DNA from: a virus
Taxonomy: Duplodnaviria; Caudoviricetes
DNA: 64,000 nucleotides
Direction: 5' to 3' (one strand)
Virus record (IMG/VR): IMGVR_UViG_3300043077_000092
Shown here: positions 10,136-20,880 of the stretch, piece by piece
How positions within the stretch are numbered: the first letter of the stretch is position 1
How the letters are laid out: every line of letters begins with the position of its first letter
The notes under the pieces: model-generated
What the model saw: only the letters and a program-made list of their open reading frames with translations
Databases searched by the model: none
What the model was told of the DNA's origin: nothing
Position numbers and translations under genes: made by a program

Positions 10136-10411
10136 TTATTGTATTGGGAGCGGTGGAATATGTGGTGGTGCCCACGGAATATTCCATGCTCCTGCTACAT
10201 ATGGCGGAAGATATTTGTCAAGCGGATAAGCACCAGCATACCCAACCATATCCGTTGGCATATACGCTCTGTTCTCTTCATAGAATGGTGATACCCACAT
10301 TGGACTACTTATAAAGTTTTCTTCACCATAGAGTCCGATATTATCATACCCACGGCAATTACTAGCCCAAATCCAACTGTCAGAGTTGGCAATATCAAAT
10401 TTATCGTTCAT
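10136..10411 (-). CDS. Small Pro/Tyr/Trp-rich hypothetical protein
   Basis: RBS GAGGTG; overlaps the end of gyrA and is followed by a terminator. Confidence 0.55.
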   Translation of the reverse strand: MNDKFDIANSDSWIWASNCRGYDNIGLYGEENFISSPMWVSPFYEENRAYMPTDMVGYAGAYPLDKYLPPYVAGAWNIPWAPPHIPPLPIQ

Positions 10412-12863
10412 TCATCTCACCTCTAACTCTAATTCTGATGATAGAATCACCTCTGCGAACTGGTGCAACTTTTGCACATTTTGCATGTCTGGTAAGAACT
10501 TTGATACTTGATACAGGAACTTCCGTCTTATCTCCAGATTGCATCTGGAATACTAAGGTAGAATCAAACAACCCCTTACTCATAGGGATTACTTTAAACA
10601 GTTCATCACCTTCCTGAAGTCTTGTAAGTTCAAGCATTGTTTGTCGTTTCTTTGTAGCTTTAAATGCCTCATCTAATTCTACTACTTTGGCGAATCCTTT
10701 CTTGGTAATAATGCAAACTTCATTAACACCTCTGCTCGCACAAACTCCCTGAACCTCATCACCATTTTCAAACTTGATAATACGCTGTCCTTTTGTCATC
10801 CTTCCAGTTGATGGAGACATTGATAATCTGAGTATAATACCAAGCCCCATCTTTGTATATACCAATCGTTCATTATCACTATCACTAAGAAGACCCATAA
10901 AGCATACGGCGTCTCCAGTGTTTAATGAGATTGCCCCAATTCTAGTTCTTGTAAGAACGAAATCAGAGAATGGAGTTGCTTTAATCAATCCTCTCTTTGT
11001 AAAGCAATAGAGACGATATTTCTCTGGATTATCCTTAATAGAAGAAATCGAAGTCTTAATTGCAGTAATCGCATTTCCTGTCATGCCAAGTAACTCTTCC
11101 AACGCCATACCTTTGGCGGATGGATCAGTTGCAGGTATCCTGTCAATAGGAAGATAACACCACTCACCACTATCACTACCAATATGAATGTAATCAACTG
11201 ATGTAATGTCATTGAAGTAGGCAACCACATCATCATTTGGTTCTAAGAAGCCAACCCCAATTCCATTAGGGGATAATCTCTTCACATACTTCTTTGTGAT
11301 AGCAACTCTGTAATGGAATATTGGTGTCTCTGTATCTTCGGGTTTGATAATCTGACACTGTCTTGGTTTACCAAACAGTTTCTTTCCCTCTTCCAATTCG
11401 TTCCAGATAATCTGCTTAATCTTGGTTCTTGAGGATAGTATCTCCTCTTTCTCTTTGATGCGGTCATCAATCTCTGCGTAGTTCTTCTTATACTCAGCGA
11501 TACTACCACGTTTCTGGTTCTTTAACTTCATATTAGAAATCAAGTCTGCCTGATAAGATGAGAAACCAAACTCTGTCATCAATCGATGAATGATTTCATC
11601 ATCTGTATTGGATGTCTTTACAACCTCAAATACCTTATCAATAAGTTCCTGACTACCTAACCGAACCAATGCCTCTAAACGATGTTTCTCTTCCTTAATC
11701 TTCAAGAGTTCCTTTGCAATGGTTCTATGCTTAATGTCAATTCTCCAGTCAATCCATGTAAGAATTGCATCCTTTAATGGAACTGAACCAGTATCCGACA
11801 TCATCCTTGTACGGTCTGCATAATTAAGCAAAATCTGAGCATAAGACTTCAGACCAAGCTTTGTATCATTATACAGTTCGTTTATTACATAATCTGGGTC
11901 TACCCCCTTCTTTAAGAGTATCCAGAATTCATTAGTCTCAAGATTAGACTTATCTGAGATATCCTTAATGCCAAGAGGATTGGAATGCTCACGCTGACCT
12001 ATTGCTTTGATAATAGAGTCCATTGTAGTCTTCTCAGGAAACCCATTGCATAAGATATAGTTTCCTTCCTCATGATAGATGAGCTTAGCCCTAATACGAA
12101 CTGTGCCAGAACCAGTTGCACATACATCTTTGATTACTCCATCATCAATGATGTCATATCCTCTCGGACTATCCGGAAAGAGATAAACCCTTTCCATTTC
12201 AGGATGCTCTAACAGAGCCTGTGTTAAACTAAACGCTTCAACCAGATTGAATGGAACTTTAACAAATGAGTTACCCCATGCAATACCAATCGTAAGGTTT
12301 AATAAGAAGTTTGGATACCTTGCAGGTAATACTACAGGTTCGACATCACTTCTCAAGTAGTTCTGTTGCATTTCAATAACTGAACTATCAAATTCCTCAA
12401 AGAAGCATTTCCAAGCATACTGGCTTAATCTTGCATCCAGATAACGAGGAGATGCTGCGTCATCACCTGCAACGGAACCTTCGTTTCCATCCATCTCTAT
12501 ATAGAGTGCATTGTTCTCCCAAGTCTTTGTAATGTTCTCAAATGCCGTTGCAATTGATTGGTCACCGTGAGGGTGATACTTGGTTGTTGCAGGGAGAAAC
12601 TCCAATGCTTTCTGATATCTCTTATCCGGATAAAGTTTCTTATCATGATACATGAACCAAAGCATCTTTCTAACAACAGGGATTAGTCCATCATATAACA
12701 TTGGACAACCTCTTGATACGGATACGTTTGTTCCATATATAATAATTGATTCCTTTGTATGGTCACCAGCATCGATTTCTTCGATATTCTGGTCATACAT
12801 CTCTTGTGTTTCTATAATATCCTGTTTCTTCGGTTTCTTAGAAACCGTTTTCTTCTTTGCCAT
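10401..12863 (-). CDS. gyrA: Type IIA topoisomerase subunit A (GyrA/ParC)
   Basis: DGLIPVVRK, YHPHGD, AASPRYLDARL (catalytic Tyr), GIAWG and C-terminal pinwheel repeats; RBS GGGAGG. Confidence 0.93.
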   Translation of the reverse strand: MAKKKTVSKKPKKQDIIETQEMYDQNIEEIDAGDHTKESIIIYGTNVSVSRGCPMLYDGLIPVVRKMLWFMYHDKKLYPDKRYQKALEFLPATTKYHPHGDQSIATAFENITKTWENNALYIEMDGNEGSVAGDDAASPRYLDARLSQYAWKCFFEEFDSSVIEMQQNYLRSDVEPVVLPARYPNFLLNLTIGIAWGNSFVKVPFNLVEAFSLTQALLEHPEMERVYLFPDSPRGYDIIDDGVIKDVCATGSGTVRIRAKLIYHEEGNYILCNGFPEKTTMDSIIKAIGQREHSNPLGIKDISDKSNLETNEFWILLKKGVDPDYVINELYNDTKLGLKSYAQILLNYADRTRMMSDTGSVPLKDAILTWIDWRIDIKHRTIAKELLKIKEEKHRLEALVRLGSQELIDKVFEVVKTSNTDDEIIHRLMTEFGFSSYQADLISNMKLKNQKRGSIAEYKKNYAEIDDRIKEKEEILSSRTKIKQIIWNELEEGKKLFGKPRQCQIIKPEDTETPIFHYRVAITKKYVKRLSPNGIGVGFLEPNDDVVAYFNDITSVDYIHIGSDSGEWCYLPIDRIPATDPSAKGMALEELLGMTGNAITAIKTSISSIKDNPEKYRLYCFTKRGLIKATPFSDFVLTRTRIGAISLNTGDAVCFMGLLSDSDNERLVYTKMGLGIILRLSMSPSTGRMTKGQRIIKFENGDEVQGVCASRGVNEVCIITKKGFAKVVELDEAFKATKKRQTMLELTRLQEGDELFKVIPMSKGLFDSTLVFQMQSGDKTEVPVSSIKVLTRHAKCAKVAPVRRGDSIIRIRVRGEMNER

Positions 12864-12876
12864 TTCTACACCTCCC

Positions 12877-15396
12877 TTAATTGTCAATTTCGTCAAGCGA
12901 TAAGTTTGATGTCTGCACTAATTGCTTACGGATACGACGTCCCTTTGGATTCATTACGAATAAATCATCCATTGTAGCCTCGAATCTCTGTATGTCAGCT
13001 ACAGTATAACGTACCAACCTACGATAGTTTGGATTCATGGCAAATTTCCACATTTCGTACTTGGACATTTCACCAAGTCCTTTGTAGCGGTTTACAATGT
13101 ATGGAGAATACTTCTGACAAAGCTCCATAATCTGTCCGATGGTGAGTCTTCCTACATAATTAAACTCAGAGTTCTCACCCCTTCTGTCATAAAACTCGTA
13201 CTGATAGATTCCATCATTACTCTTTTGAATAACCTGTCTTAAGAAGTCAATCTTCTCCATAAGAGATTTGTTCAAGTTTACTGCTACAAACTCCCCCTTG
13301 AAACATCCAAAGATTTGACCATCTGCATAAGATAACTCAGGGTCTAAATCCTTAATATGTTTATCAAAGTCAGGTGTCGCTGCAATAAACTCAATGACTT
13401 CCTTTGGAACTGTTTCAAATGTAGATATCTGGTCAAGTACCTGATAATAATCTCTGTTTGCAACCAAGAATCTTCTCATATTATCAGTAGAGATATAATC
13501 ATCATTGGTTGTAAATTTAAGTCTTGCATACTTACCTACATTGCGTTCAAATCTATCAAACAGTTCCGATTTTGAGTAGACATAATCATCTACATTGATA
13601 TCTGTCTTACTCATCTTATTTGCTGCGGCTTGTGACTCTGCAATCTTATAGAGTGGAGTAAGAACTCTGTAGCAATGTCCACCCAATACAAGTTGCGGTG
13701 CAATAGCATAAGTCGATGACAACGTAAGACCTGCCATATGCTCACCATCAATATCAGCATCAAACGAGAATATGATTTTATCATAAATCAGGTTATCCTC
13801 ATTGAAGTGATTCCCATATCCACATCCAAGTACTTTATCCATCAATACTCCATAGACATTTCCCGATGGGAGATTTGTCGAATGAGTTAAACGAAATGTA
13901 CTATAAAAGTTGTCTGGTTTACCTGTGAAGTTTAAGATACCCTGATAATCAGGATTGAATCTTGCCTTTCTTGCTTGACCACCAGCGGAATCTCCTTCTA
14001 CCAGATAGATTTCCAGTTTCACATTAAGGTCTTCCTTTGGAGTTCCGATTAAGTTTGCCGCTACATAGTTTCCTATAAGTTTAGAATCCATAAGAGATGG
14101 AAGAGATGTCTTTACTTTCTTTCTCTCGTTAGCCGCATTATTACGGATTCTTGCATTGAGCTTTACGAAATCCCCAATCTTCTTTAACTCTTTCTTTCCA
14201 TCAGCCGTTTCAAAGTAAGCTTCAATTGCTTCCTTATATAATTTCTTTAATGGCTCAATGAATTTTCTATTGCCAAGTTTATGCTTGGTTTGTGATTCAA
14301 ATCCTGTACTCATTGTCGTATTAAGATTTACTACGGCAACTAATCCCGTGAGTGCATCCTCAGGAATGACAGGAGTTTCATTCTTCTTTAATGTAGCAGA
14401 TATCCTTTCATGAATAGAGGTTGATAATACTGTCTTTAGTGCATTGACATGAACACCACCATCCATCTGTTCAATCATGTTTGTAAACCCATATACCAAT
14501 GGTTCTACAATCTTTGGTGAATAGTTAAATGCAAATTCAACTGCGATTTCACGCTCTCTTTCCGTCATTTCAATGGTTACGGTTCCATCTTCATTATCCG
14601 TCTTAACCGGAATATTTGTCTCCATAATACTCATGGAGTTGTTCAGTACAACTGGTGTCTTCATAAGATATCCAATATCAGTACCAACGATAGCAGGTAT
14701 AAACCCACCAACATTACCATCTGTATTCTGATAAGTCTCATTGAATATCTCTTTTCCATCTACATCAGTTGCAGTAAATGTAATGCAAATATTTGGTTCA
14801 AGAGTAAATACAGTTCTCTTTAACCATTCTGAAAAGCTATGCAATGGTACCGCAGCATCCTCTCCTAAGAATGCCTTTGAAGGTTTAAACCCAACATTCA
14901 AACCGTGAAGTTTGGGGTCTGAATCAATAATCCTGTCTTCAATCTTTCTACCATTGACAAACTTTAAAAATCGTGATTTACCCTCTCTTGTAGAGGTGAT
15001 TTCAAATTGTTCAGATAAAGCATTCGTTGCTGTAAGACCAACACCGTATTCTCCACCAGATGCTCCACCTGTTGCTCTATCCATTTTTGTACCAGCCTGT
15101 AATACGGTACACGCATCTTCTAAGTCATCAAAGTTGATACCACGACCAGTATCTTTAAAGTAAATCATTCCTGTCTCACCGTCTAAGAATATTTTCATAA
15201 TACCGTCGGACAGAGTATTCTTGTTCCTGTGCTCGTCAACCATGTTGTTAAACATCTCATGGCATAACTGTTCTGTTCCAGCTTCACCACGAAATGAAAT
15301 ATAGAGGGTGGGTGACTTTTGTAACTTGTCAATATCGTTCTTCAACTTTGTAAATTCATCATCTACAATAGTTGGTTTCGAACTTCTTGTACTCAT
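12877..15396 (-). CDS. gyrB: Type IIA topoisomerase subunit B (GyrB/ParE)
   Basis: EMFNNMVDE, DTGRGI, GEYGVG, NALS, EGDSAGG, DADIDGEH, RYKGLGEM. Confidence 0.95.
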   Translation of the reverse strand: MSTRSSKPTIVDDEFTKLKNDIDKLQKSPTLYISFRGEAGTEQLCHEMFNNMVDEHRNKNTLSDGIMKIFLDGETGMIYFKDTGRGINFDDLEDACTVLQAGTKMDRATGGASGGEYGVGLTATNALSEQFEITSTREGKSRFLKFVNGRKIEDRIIDSDPKLHGLNVGFKPSKAFLGEDAAVPLHSFSEWLKRTVFTLEPNICITFTATDVDGKEIFNETYQNTDGNVGGFIPAIVGTDIGYLMKTPVVLNNSMSIMETNIPVKTDNEDGTVTIEMTEREREIAVEFAFNYSPKIVEPLVYGFTNMIEQMDGGVHVNALKTVLSTSIHERISATLKKNETPVIPEDALTGLVAVVNLNTTMSTGFESQTKHKLGNRKFIEPLKKLYKEAIEAYFETADGKKELKKIGDFVKLNARIRNNAANERKKVKTSLPSLMDSKLIGNYVAANLIGTPKEDLNVKLEIYLVEGDSAGGQARKARFNPDYQGILNFTGKPDNFYSTFRLTHSTNLPSGNVYGVLMDKVLGCGYGNHFNEDNLIYDKIIFSFDADIDGEHMAGLTLSSTYAIAPQLVLGGHCYRVLTPLYKIAESQAAANKMSKTDINVDDYVYSKSELFDRFERNVGKYARLKFTTNDDYISTDNMRRFLVANRDYYQVLDQISTFETVPKEVIEFIAATPDFDKHIKDLDPELSYADGQIFGCFKGEFVAVNLNKSLMEKIDFLRQVIQKSNDGIYQYEFYDRRGENSEFNYVGRLTIGQIMELCQKYSPYIVNRYKGLGEMSKYEMWKFAMNPNYRRLVRYTVADIQRFEATMDDLFVMNPKGRRIRKQLVQTSNLSLDEIDN

Positions 15397-15522
15397 TATA
15401 TTTGCCTCCTTATCCTTATAGGTTAATAAATTTCTGACAAAAAATAAATCTTGTAAAGAATGGATGGTGACGTAAAATCACCATCCATATACTCTCCACA
15501 ATTGGATGTTCCGGCTGACGGA

Positions 15523-16014
15523 TTAATAGTTCCTTGCGCCGCCGAACATTCCGCTGTCGACACCAATGTGTCCTTTGTTGTTGGAACGGTTTCTCTTGTT
15601 GCCCTTGTTTGAACCGAGCTTCTCGACCATATTGTCGTAATATGTCGTAACGATTGCTAACGTGTCAAGAGCCTCGAAACCTTTCTGGATCATCTGCTTG
15701 TCCTCATCACTGAGGTTCGCAACCATCTTGATCTGGTGCAACATTGAAGTGAACATGTAGAGTCCAGACGACGTCTCATCACGCTTGTAAGAATCAGCTT
15801 CGAAGACTGCGCCGCAACCTGTGCAGTATGCAGTTGACTCAGGAAGCTTATCCTTGTCCGGAAGGTAACCTTTCCAATCCTGAACCGGAATAACTCTTCT
15901 GTTACCCTGAGGTTTGTGGTTGCAATCTCTTCTGTGCTGCTCCTGTAAATGCTGGACAGTTTTCATGCCCTGAGATATTTGTGCTGAATAATCAGCTCCG
16001 TTGTTGTTTGCCAT
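15523..16014 (-). CDS. Hypothetical protein with possible Zn site and N/K/R/G-rich tail
   Basis: RBS AGGAGG; CNH...CTGC. Confidence 0.7.
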   Translation of the reverse strand: MANNNGADYSAQISQGMKTVQHLQEQHRRDCNHKPQGNRRVIPVQDWKGYLPDKDKLPESTAYCTGCGAVFEADSYKRDETSSGLYMFTSMLHQIKMVANLSDEDKQMIQKGFEALDTLAIVTTYYDNMVEKLGSNKGNKRNRSNNKGHIGVDSGMFGGARNY

Positions 16015-16227
16015 TTTTTGTTCCTCCTTTTAAGATTTTTATCGGATTCTATGTCATTCCGGAATGACACAACCGGAGATAGAATAGGTCATGGCATGAA
16101 CCTAATCAACCGGTTTACACTTCTGTATAGCCAGTAATGTAAATCTATCTGGTTCAACCTATTCTCTTCCAGTCCGACGTTTAATATATAAATAAAATAG
16201 TCGTTGGACTATTCTAGTTACCGGAAA

Positions 16228-16527
16228 TTAGAACATATCAGAGATAGACTGTCTGTCTACGTTCTTGATATCGCCCATTACAACAGCCTGAAGATAATCA
16301 AGTGGATGATAGTTAATAAGCTCGATATCGTATGTGAAAGTCTTCTTATTGCGGACATATACTTTTTCTTTATACATCCACTTTCCACCAATTTGAACGA
16401 AGTCAGACTCTTCACAACTCTTCTTATCTGTGTTGATAATAAGTATACTGTTATCAAAGATCAGTAGTGCAATATTTTCAAATCCACCACCGTCATTGAC
16501 GATTGCTTTGAATACATCCCATTCCAT
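16228..16527 (-). CDS. Hypothetical protein
   Basis: RBS AGGAGGTG. Confidence 0.65.
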   Translation of the reverse strand: MEWDVFKAIVNDGGGFENIALLIFDNSILIINTDKKSCEESDFVQIGGKWMYKEKVYVRNKKTFTYDIELINYHPLDYLQAVVMGDIKNVDRQSISDMF

Positions 16528-16551
16528 TATTTATTCACCTCCTGTAAAATT

Positions 16552-17511
16552 CTACTCAGCCAATATTGTTACCAAATATCCATACAGCTTGTTTCCATCT
16601 TCCCCAACGATGTTCTTTAACATATGGTAGTTGTTTACATACGTTGTCTGGTTCACAGATAATATATTGTAAATCAAGTATGGGAACGACTCTAATGCTA
16701 AAGTCATCGGAGCATTGTAGAGGGTAACAAACATCTGTATGAATGAATTGACATTCATCTTTCCGATACGACCACGAAGTTCCGGTATAGATACCAACTT
16801 CGTAATAAAGGTTGCAATGTTTGTAAAATCGCCAACCTCAAACTGGTCGTTTACGATTCTTATAGAACCGATATCAGGATTCTTCAAATCGTATAAGCAG
16901 AAATTCTCAACAGTTGATGAATCAGGATTATACCCCAATACAGTGTTAATGAAATATCTGGAAATCATATATGAAACCTGATTGTTCACAGACTGATCTA
17001 ACTTCACAGAGTACTTTCTGTTGATACACTCCAGTATCATGTGAGTATAGATTTTGTTTGCAGGACGAATGAGACTTGGAGCTGTAAGTTTCGGATTGTT
17101 AACAGCATCCAAATCCATAATGCGGAGAGCGAAATAACAACTCTCAAGAGATACCTTTAACTTTCTTGCGTCAGCCATATATTCCGTTTCTCCCGGAACG
17201 CATTCGCAATGATTTAAAAATACAACTCCTGCATTATTATTCTTCTCTCTTTGTAATACTACGAAAGGTAAGTATAATGGTACCTTAACACTTTCGCAAT
17301 ATACCATGACAATCTTACCAGACTCAATCGCCGAAAGAATCTGCGGCATGATTGGACTACGAACTCTGTTTCTGATTGTTGCAAACGTGGTACTGAGTTT
17401 ATCAGGGGATATTTCTTTACCATTTTTGATTATCTCAGCTATACGTGTAGTGATAGCATTATCTTGGTTCATTAAGTTCCACTGATAAGAACTTGATAGA
17501 CTTGCATACAT
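16552..17511 (-). CDS. Hypothetical late protein
   Basis: 319-aa ORF, RBS AGGAGG, ACA-N6-TA upstream. Confidence 0.7.
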   Translation of the reverse strand: MYASLSSSYQWNLMNQDNAITTRIAEIIKNGKEISPDKLSTTFATIRNRVRSPIMPQILSAIESGKIVMVYCESVKVPLYLPFVVLQREKNNNAGVVFLNHCECVPGETEYMADARKLKVSLESCYFALRIMDLDAVNNPKLTAPSLIRPANKIYTHMILECINRKYSVKLDQSVNNQVSYMISRYFINTVLGYNPDSSTVENFCLYDLKNPDIGSIRIVNDQFEVGDFTNIATFITKLVSIPELRGRIGKMNVNSFIQMFVTLYNAPMTLALESFPYLIYNILSVNQTTYVNNYHMLKNIVGEDGNKLYGYLVTILAE

Positions 17512-17658
17512 AGTAGCCAGTCCTCCTTTCTTTTCAAATTATATCTTTGTGAGCCGCACCCGTATTAATTACATTTTTTAACTAACAAAAAAGAGACAAG
17601 GTGGATTAATTAAAATCCCTAAACCCTGTCTCTTTTTCTATTTAATTGTCAATGTTCG

Positions 17659-18078
17659 CTACTTCTTATTTTCGGTCTGCTTTGTTTTCTTTTCATTCTG
17701 CTTATCAACGATATCACCGATTGCATTTACAACTTCATCAACCGTAATGCCACTGTTTTCAAGTAACTTTAAGATGGCATCCGCAGTCTTTGCATTCAAA
17801 GACCATGAGTTGTTCATCCAGTATACATACAGTGTAGCGATGATTGTGATTGCTGTTGCAATGAGATACACGGCTGACTCCGATACAGCAGGAATCGAAT
17901 AGCCACCGAATGTAACGGCTAACTGATTAAGCCATGCAATTACAAGCACGATAAGTCTTACAACTGCTCCAACCTGAACCTTACCATCCTTTGCATCGGA
18001 AACGGCGGTTTCAAGTTCAGTCTTAAGTTCAACGGTGTCATTGATAGTCTCTTTTAAATTAGTACTCGTCTCTCCCAT
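17659..18078 (-). CDS. SPP1-family holin
   Basis: Two hydrophobic segments; VRLIVLVIAWLNQ...IP...YWMNNSWS matches the SPP1 holin pattern; late-type promoter. Confidence 0.7.
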   Translation of the reverse strand: MGETSTNLKETINDTVELKTELETAVSDAKDGKVQVGAVVRLIVLVIAWLNQLAVTFGGYSIPAVSESAVYLIATAITIIATLYVYWMNNSWSLNAKTADAILKLLENSGITVDEVVNAIGDIVDKQNEKKTKQTENKK

Positions 18079-18153
18079 TTGTGATTTACCTTCCTTTCTT
18101 ATGGTATTAATTTAATGTGGTGATAAGAAAGGTGCCTCTACAAATTTAGATGG

Positions 18154-18861
18154 TTAGTACGGATTAGATACACCCGGAACTACTTCGAAGAACTCATACT
18201 TACCATACTTCTTATTCTCTATAGCAAATCTATAGTTCGTAATCATATGGAATACATCACCTTCAAGCATAGTTTCCTTTGCGGTTTCTGTTTGGAACTC
18301 AATGCATAATCTACCCTTATCAAACTTTAAATTTGCAGGTTTGGTAGGGTTACCAACATATTGAACATTGTTAAGTGGTCTTTCCATAGTAAGATTATTC
18401 GGATCATTATCCGCAGTCCATGCCTGAATGTGTTCATTATTCTCAGGTCTATATCCGTTGTTAAATAACTCTCGTATAGCATATATTATAGAAGATGCTG
18501 AACTCCTATCAAGTGTGGTTGATGATATTGGAGAATCATCATGCTTCTTCTCCAGATAGATTTTTTCTATACGATATTTCTGAGTAACCTCAGGGTATTT
18601 TTCTGTATCAACTTCACCAAGGAACATCTCCTTTGGTCTAATCCAAATCTTTCTCTCAGGTTCGAGACTAACTACCTCATAAACTGCATATTCCTCTTCT
18701 GTTTCTGTATTCTTGCCATATCCAATGAACTGGATGATCATACCTTTAAAGTGACGTCCAAAATCACCCCTCTTAAATTCCCTATCATATGAACCGTCAC
18801 TAAACTTTATCGCCTTAGTAGTAACGTTATCCATATCTAACATTTCTTTATTAATAATCAT
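18154..18861 (-). CDS. DUF1653-domain protein
   Basis: RHFKG...NTETEEEYAVYE...IWIRPKEMFLGEVDTEKYPEVTQKYRIE. Confidence 0.75.
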   Translation of the reverse strand: MIINKEMLDMDNVTTKAIKFSDGSYDREFKRGDFGRHFKGMIIQFIGYGKNTETEEEYAVYEVVSLEPERKIWIRPKEMFLGEVDTEKYPEVTQKYRIEKIYLEKKHDDSPISSTTLDRSSASSIIYAIRELFNNGYRPENNEHIQAWTADNDPNNLTMERPLNNVQYVGNPTKPANLKFDKGRLCIEFQTETAKETMLEGDVFHMITNYRFAIENKKYGKYEFFEVVPGVSNPY

Positions 18862-19051
18862 ATTCTCTTCCTCCTGCTCCTGATAATGCCATTCCTGAAT
18901 TTGCTATGCAAAACGGAAAACATTCCCCATATGATGAATAACTTTCTATCTCTCCAAATCTTCTTATATGATCAGAGAGTTCTTCAGTAGTTACAGCTTT
19001 TGGCATACCATCATACCCGACGATATACCTAATTCCATTAGTATCACCCAT
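18851..19051 (-). CDS. Small hypothetical protein
   Basis: RBS AGGAGG. Confidence 0.55.
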   Translation of the reverse strand: MGDTNGIRYIVGYDGMPKAVTTEELSDHIRRFGEIESYSSYGECFPFCIANSGMALSGAGGREYDY

Positions 19052-19135
19052 AGTATCTAGCCCTCCTTTTTAACTGAAACAGATGAAGAGTGGAATAATC
19101 TCCTCTCTTCATCTATATTCATTTTCTGCTCAAGA

Positions 19136-19900
19136 TTACTTGATACGAATCTGCTTTTTCACGTCTTCGAGGAAATCATCGATATCTTTAACCGACGGTG
19201 CATAAAGAACACCATCTTCCCAATATGTAACCTCGCAAAGCGTGTCGGCAACTTTCTTGATCACATCATCTTTGTATAACTTGTTGTAGCGGTTCTGCCC
19301 TGTCTGTACGATAGACATCAAGAAAATCTTGATGAAGTTGTCTGTCATCAGCTCTGTACGGAACTCTGATCTCTGAAGCATACCGGTGTATACTCTCAAA
19401 GTCTCTTCATCGGACGTCTCATCATCGAGCAGCATCTCATTCATCTCACGATCAAACTGATTCGTAAAGAAGATTGCATCTTCACCGCTGGATAAAGTGG
19501 TATAACGAACCATGTTAAGCTGTCTCTGATTTGCCAGAAGAGACAGGTACTTATCCATCTGAACTGCATCTTCTGATGGAAGGTTAAATAAGTTCGTAAG
19601 ATCAAGAGTGTTGATTACAACCGATGTATCTCCTGTCGCTGTGTCTCTGATAAAGAGTACATAGTTAGAACTGCCCGAAAGGTCATCAGCAATCTCAACC
19701 TTTGGGTTCTGTCCTTCCTCAGTGGCATTCACAATACCGTATCCTAAGTTTAGCCCCTCTTTTGCGTAATCGGTCAGCGTCTTGTCATCTTCAAGCTTAA
19801 GCTTGGTGATCTTTGCACAACCGATAACCTTGTCGCCAACCTTAAGTCCATCCCCTGTCTGGGAAGAAAGAATGGCGATTTCTTCAACGTTCATCTTCAT
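19136..19900 (-). CDS. Hypothetical protein
   Basis: RBS AGGAGG, terminator downstream. Confidence 0.7.
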   Translation of the reverse strand: MKMNVEEIAILSSQTGDGLKVGDKVIGCAKITKLKLEDDKTLTDYAKEGLNLGYGIVNATEEGQNPKVEIADDLSGSSNYVLFIRDTATGDTSVVINTLDLTNLFNLPSEDAVQMDKYLSLLANQRQLNMVRYTTLSSGEDAIFFTNQFDREMNEMLLDDETSDEETLRVYTGMLQRSEFRTELMTDNFIKIFLMSIVQTGQNRYNKLYKDDVIKKVADTLCEVTYWEDGVLYAPSVKDIDDFLEDVKKQIRIK

Positions 19901-19947
19901 TGTAAGATTCCTCCTTAAAAGTGTTTTAATGTATAGTGAATCAGGTC

Positions 19948-20880
19948 TTAACTATTTATAACCTGATACGTACCATAGCCTGTAAAAGCCTGCCTGAACA
20001 ATTTGTTCATCGGAAGTTTCTGCTCTTCCATTATAAATATATATCCCTTATTTCGACAGAGTCCGTTGAGTTCTGCGTTTTGAACACTCAGAATATATAC
20101 ATTTGACTGTACAGCGGTGAACTTCTCAAAGGTATTAACCAGACTCATAATCTTAATCAGGTTAAGACTGGTTACTCTCTTTTGAATAAACTCTTTAACG
20201 TAAATTCCACCTTCTGCAATCTCTACAACAAACGCCTCATCAGAAGTTATTGTACATCTGATAGAGTCTGTCGATGCTGACTCTATTCTCATATTTGGGA
20301 ATAATTTCTTGAGATTTTCAGTAAGTATTTTTGATATACGAGATAACGGTGGTTCTATTCCAATGGGAGTATTATTAATAGACCTTTGAGCTTGTTCAAC
20401 CTTTGTATCTCCGTTTTGGGTTGTAGCTGTATCAGTTGTATCTTCCTCATCGCTTACAGCTAATAGGTAGAACCCGAACTTTGTATTGTCATTGTTAAAC
20501 ACCGACTTCAACTTATTGTAATAACCAATTGGTACTGTAACATACCTGTCATCTGTAACTAAAGGGGCGTTACAGTTGATACAAGCCTGCTGGATTGCAG
20601 ATGTATTTCCGATTAATGATATAAGAACGGTAACTTTTGTCTGTCCCATAACGGTACGGACTATCTTCTCATATATCGGTTTCAAATAAGTTGTCGTTAC
20701 TGGTATTACATCATCAATCACTAAGGCGTTATTCACCTCTTTGATTTTTAATTTTACAACTTCGTCCAAGACCAGATAGTAGAAATCGTCTCCTTCAACC
20801 AAAGATGGTTTATAGAAGAATGTAATCTTGAAGTCCGTCTTGAACAAGTCAAATACCTTATTGTTTTTCTTTTTGCTCAT
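19948..20880 (-). CDS. Hypothetical protein
   Basis: 310-aa ORF, RBS GGAGGAG. Confidence 0.7.
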   Translation of the reverse strand: MSKKKNNKVFDLFKTDFKITFFYKPSLVEGDDFYYLVLDEVVKLKIKEVNNALVIDDVIPVTTTYLKPIYEKIVRTVMGQTKVTVLISLIGNTSAIQQACINCNAPLVTDDRYVTVPIGYYNKLKSVFNNDNTKFGFYLLAVSDEEDTTDTATTQNGDTKVEQAQRSINNTPIGIEPPLSRISKILTENLKKLFPNMRIESASTDSIRCTITSDEAFVVEIAEGGIYVKEFIQKRVTSLNLIKIMSLVNTFEKFTAVQSNVYILSVQNAELNGLCRNKGYIFIMEEQKLPMNKLFRQAFTGYGTYQVINS

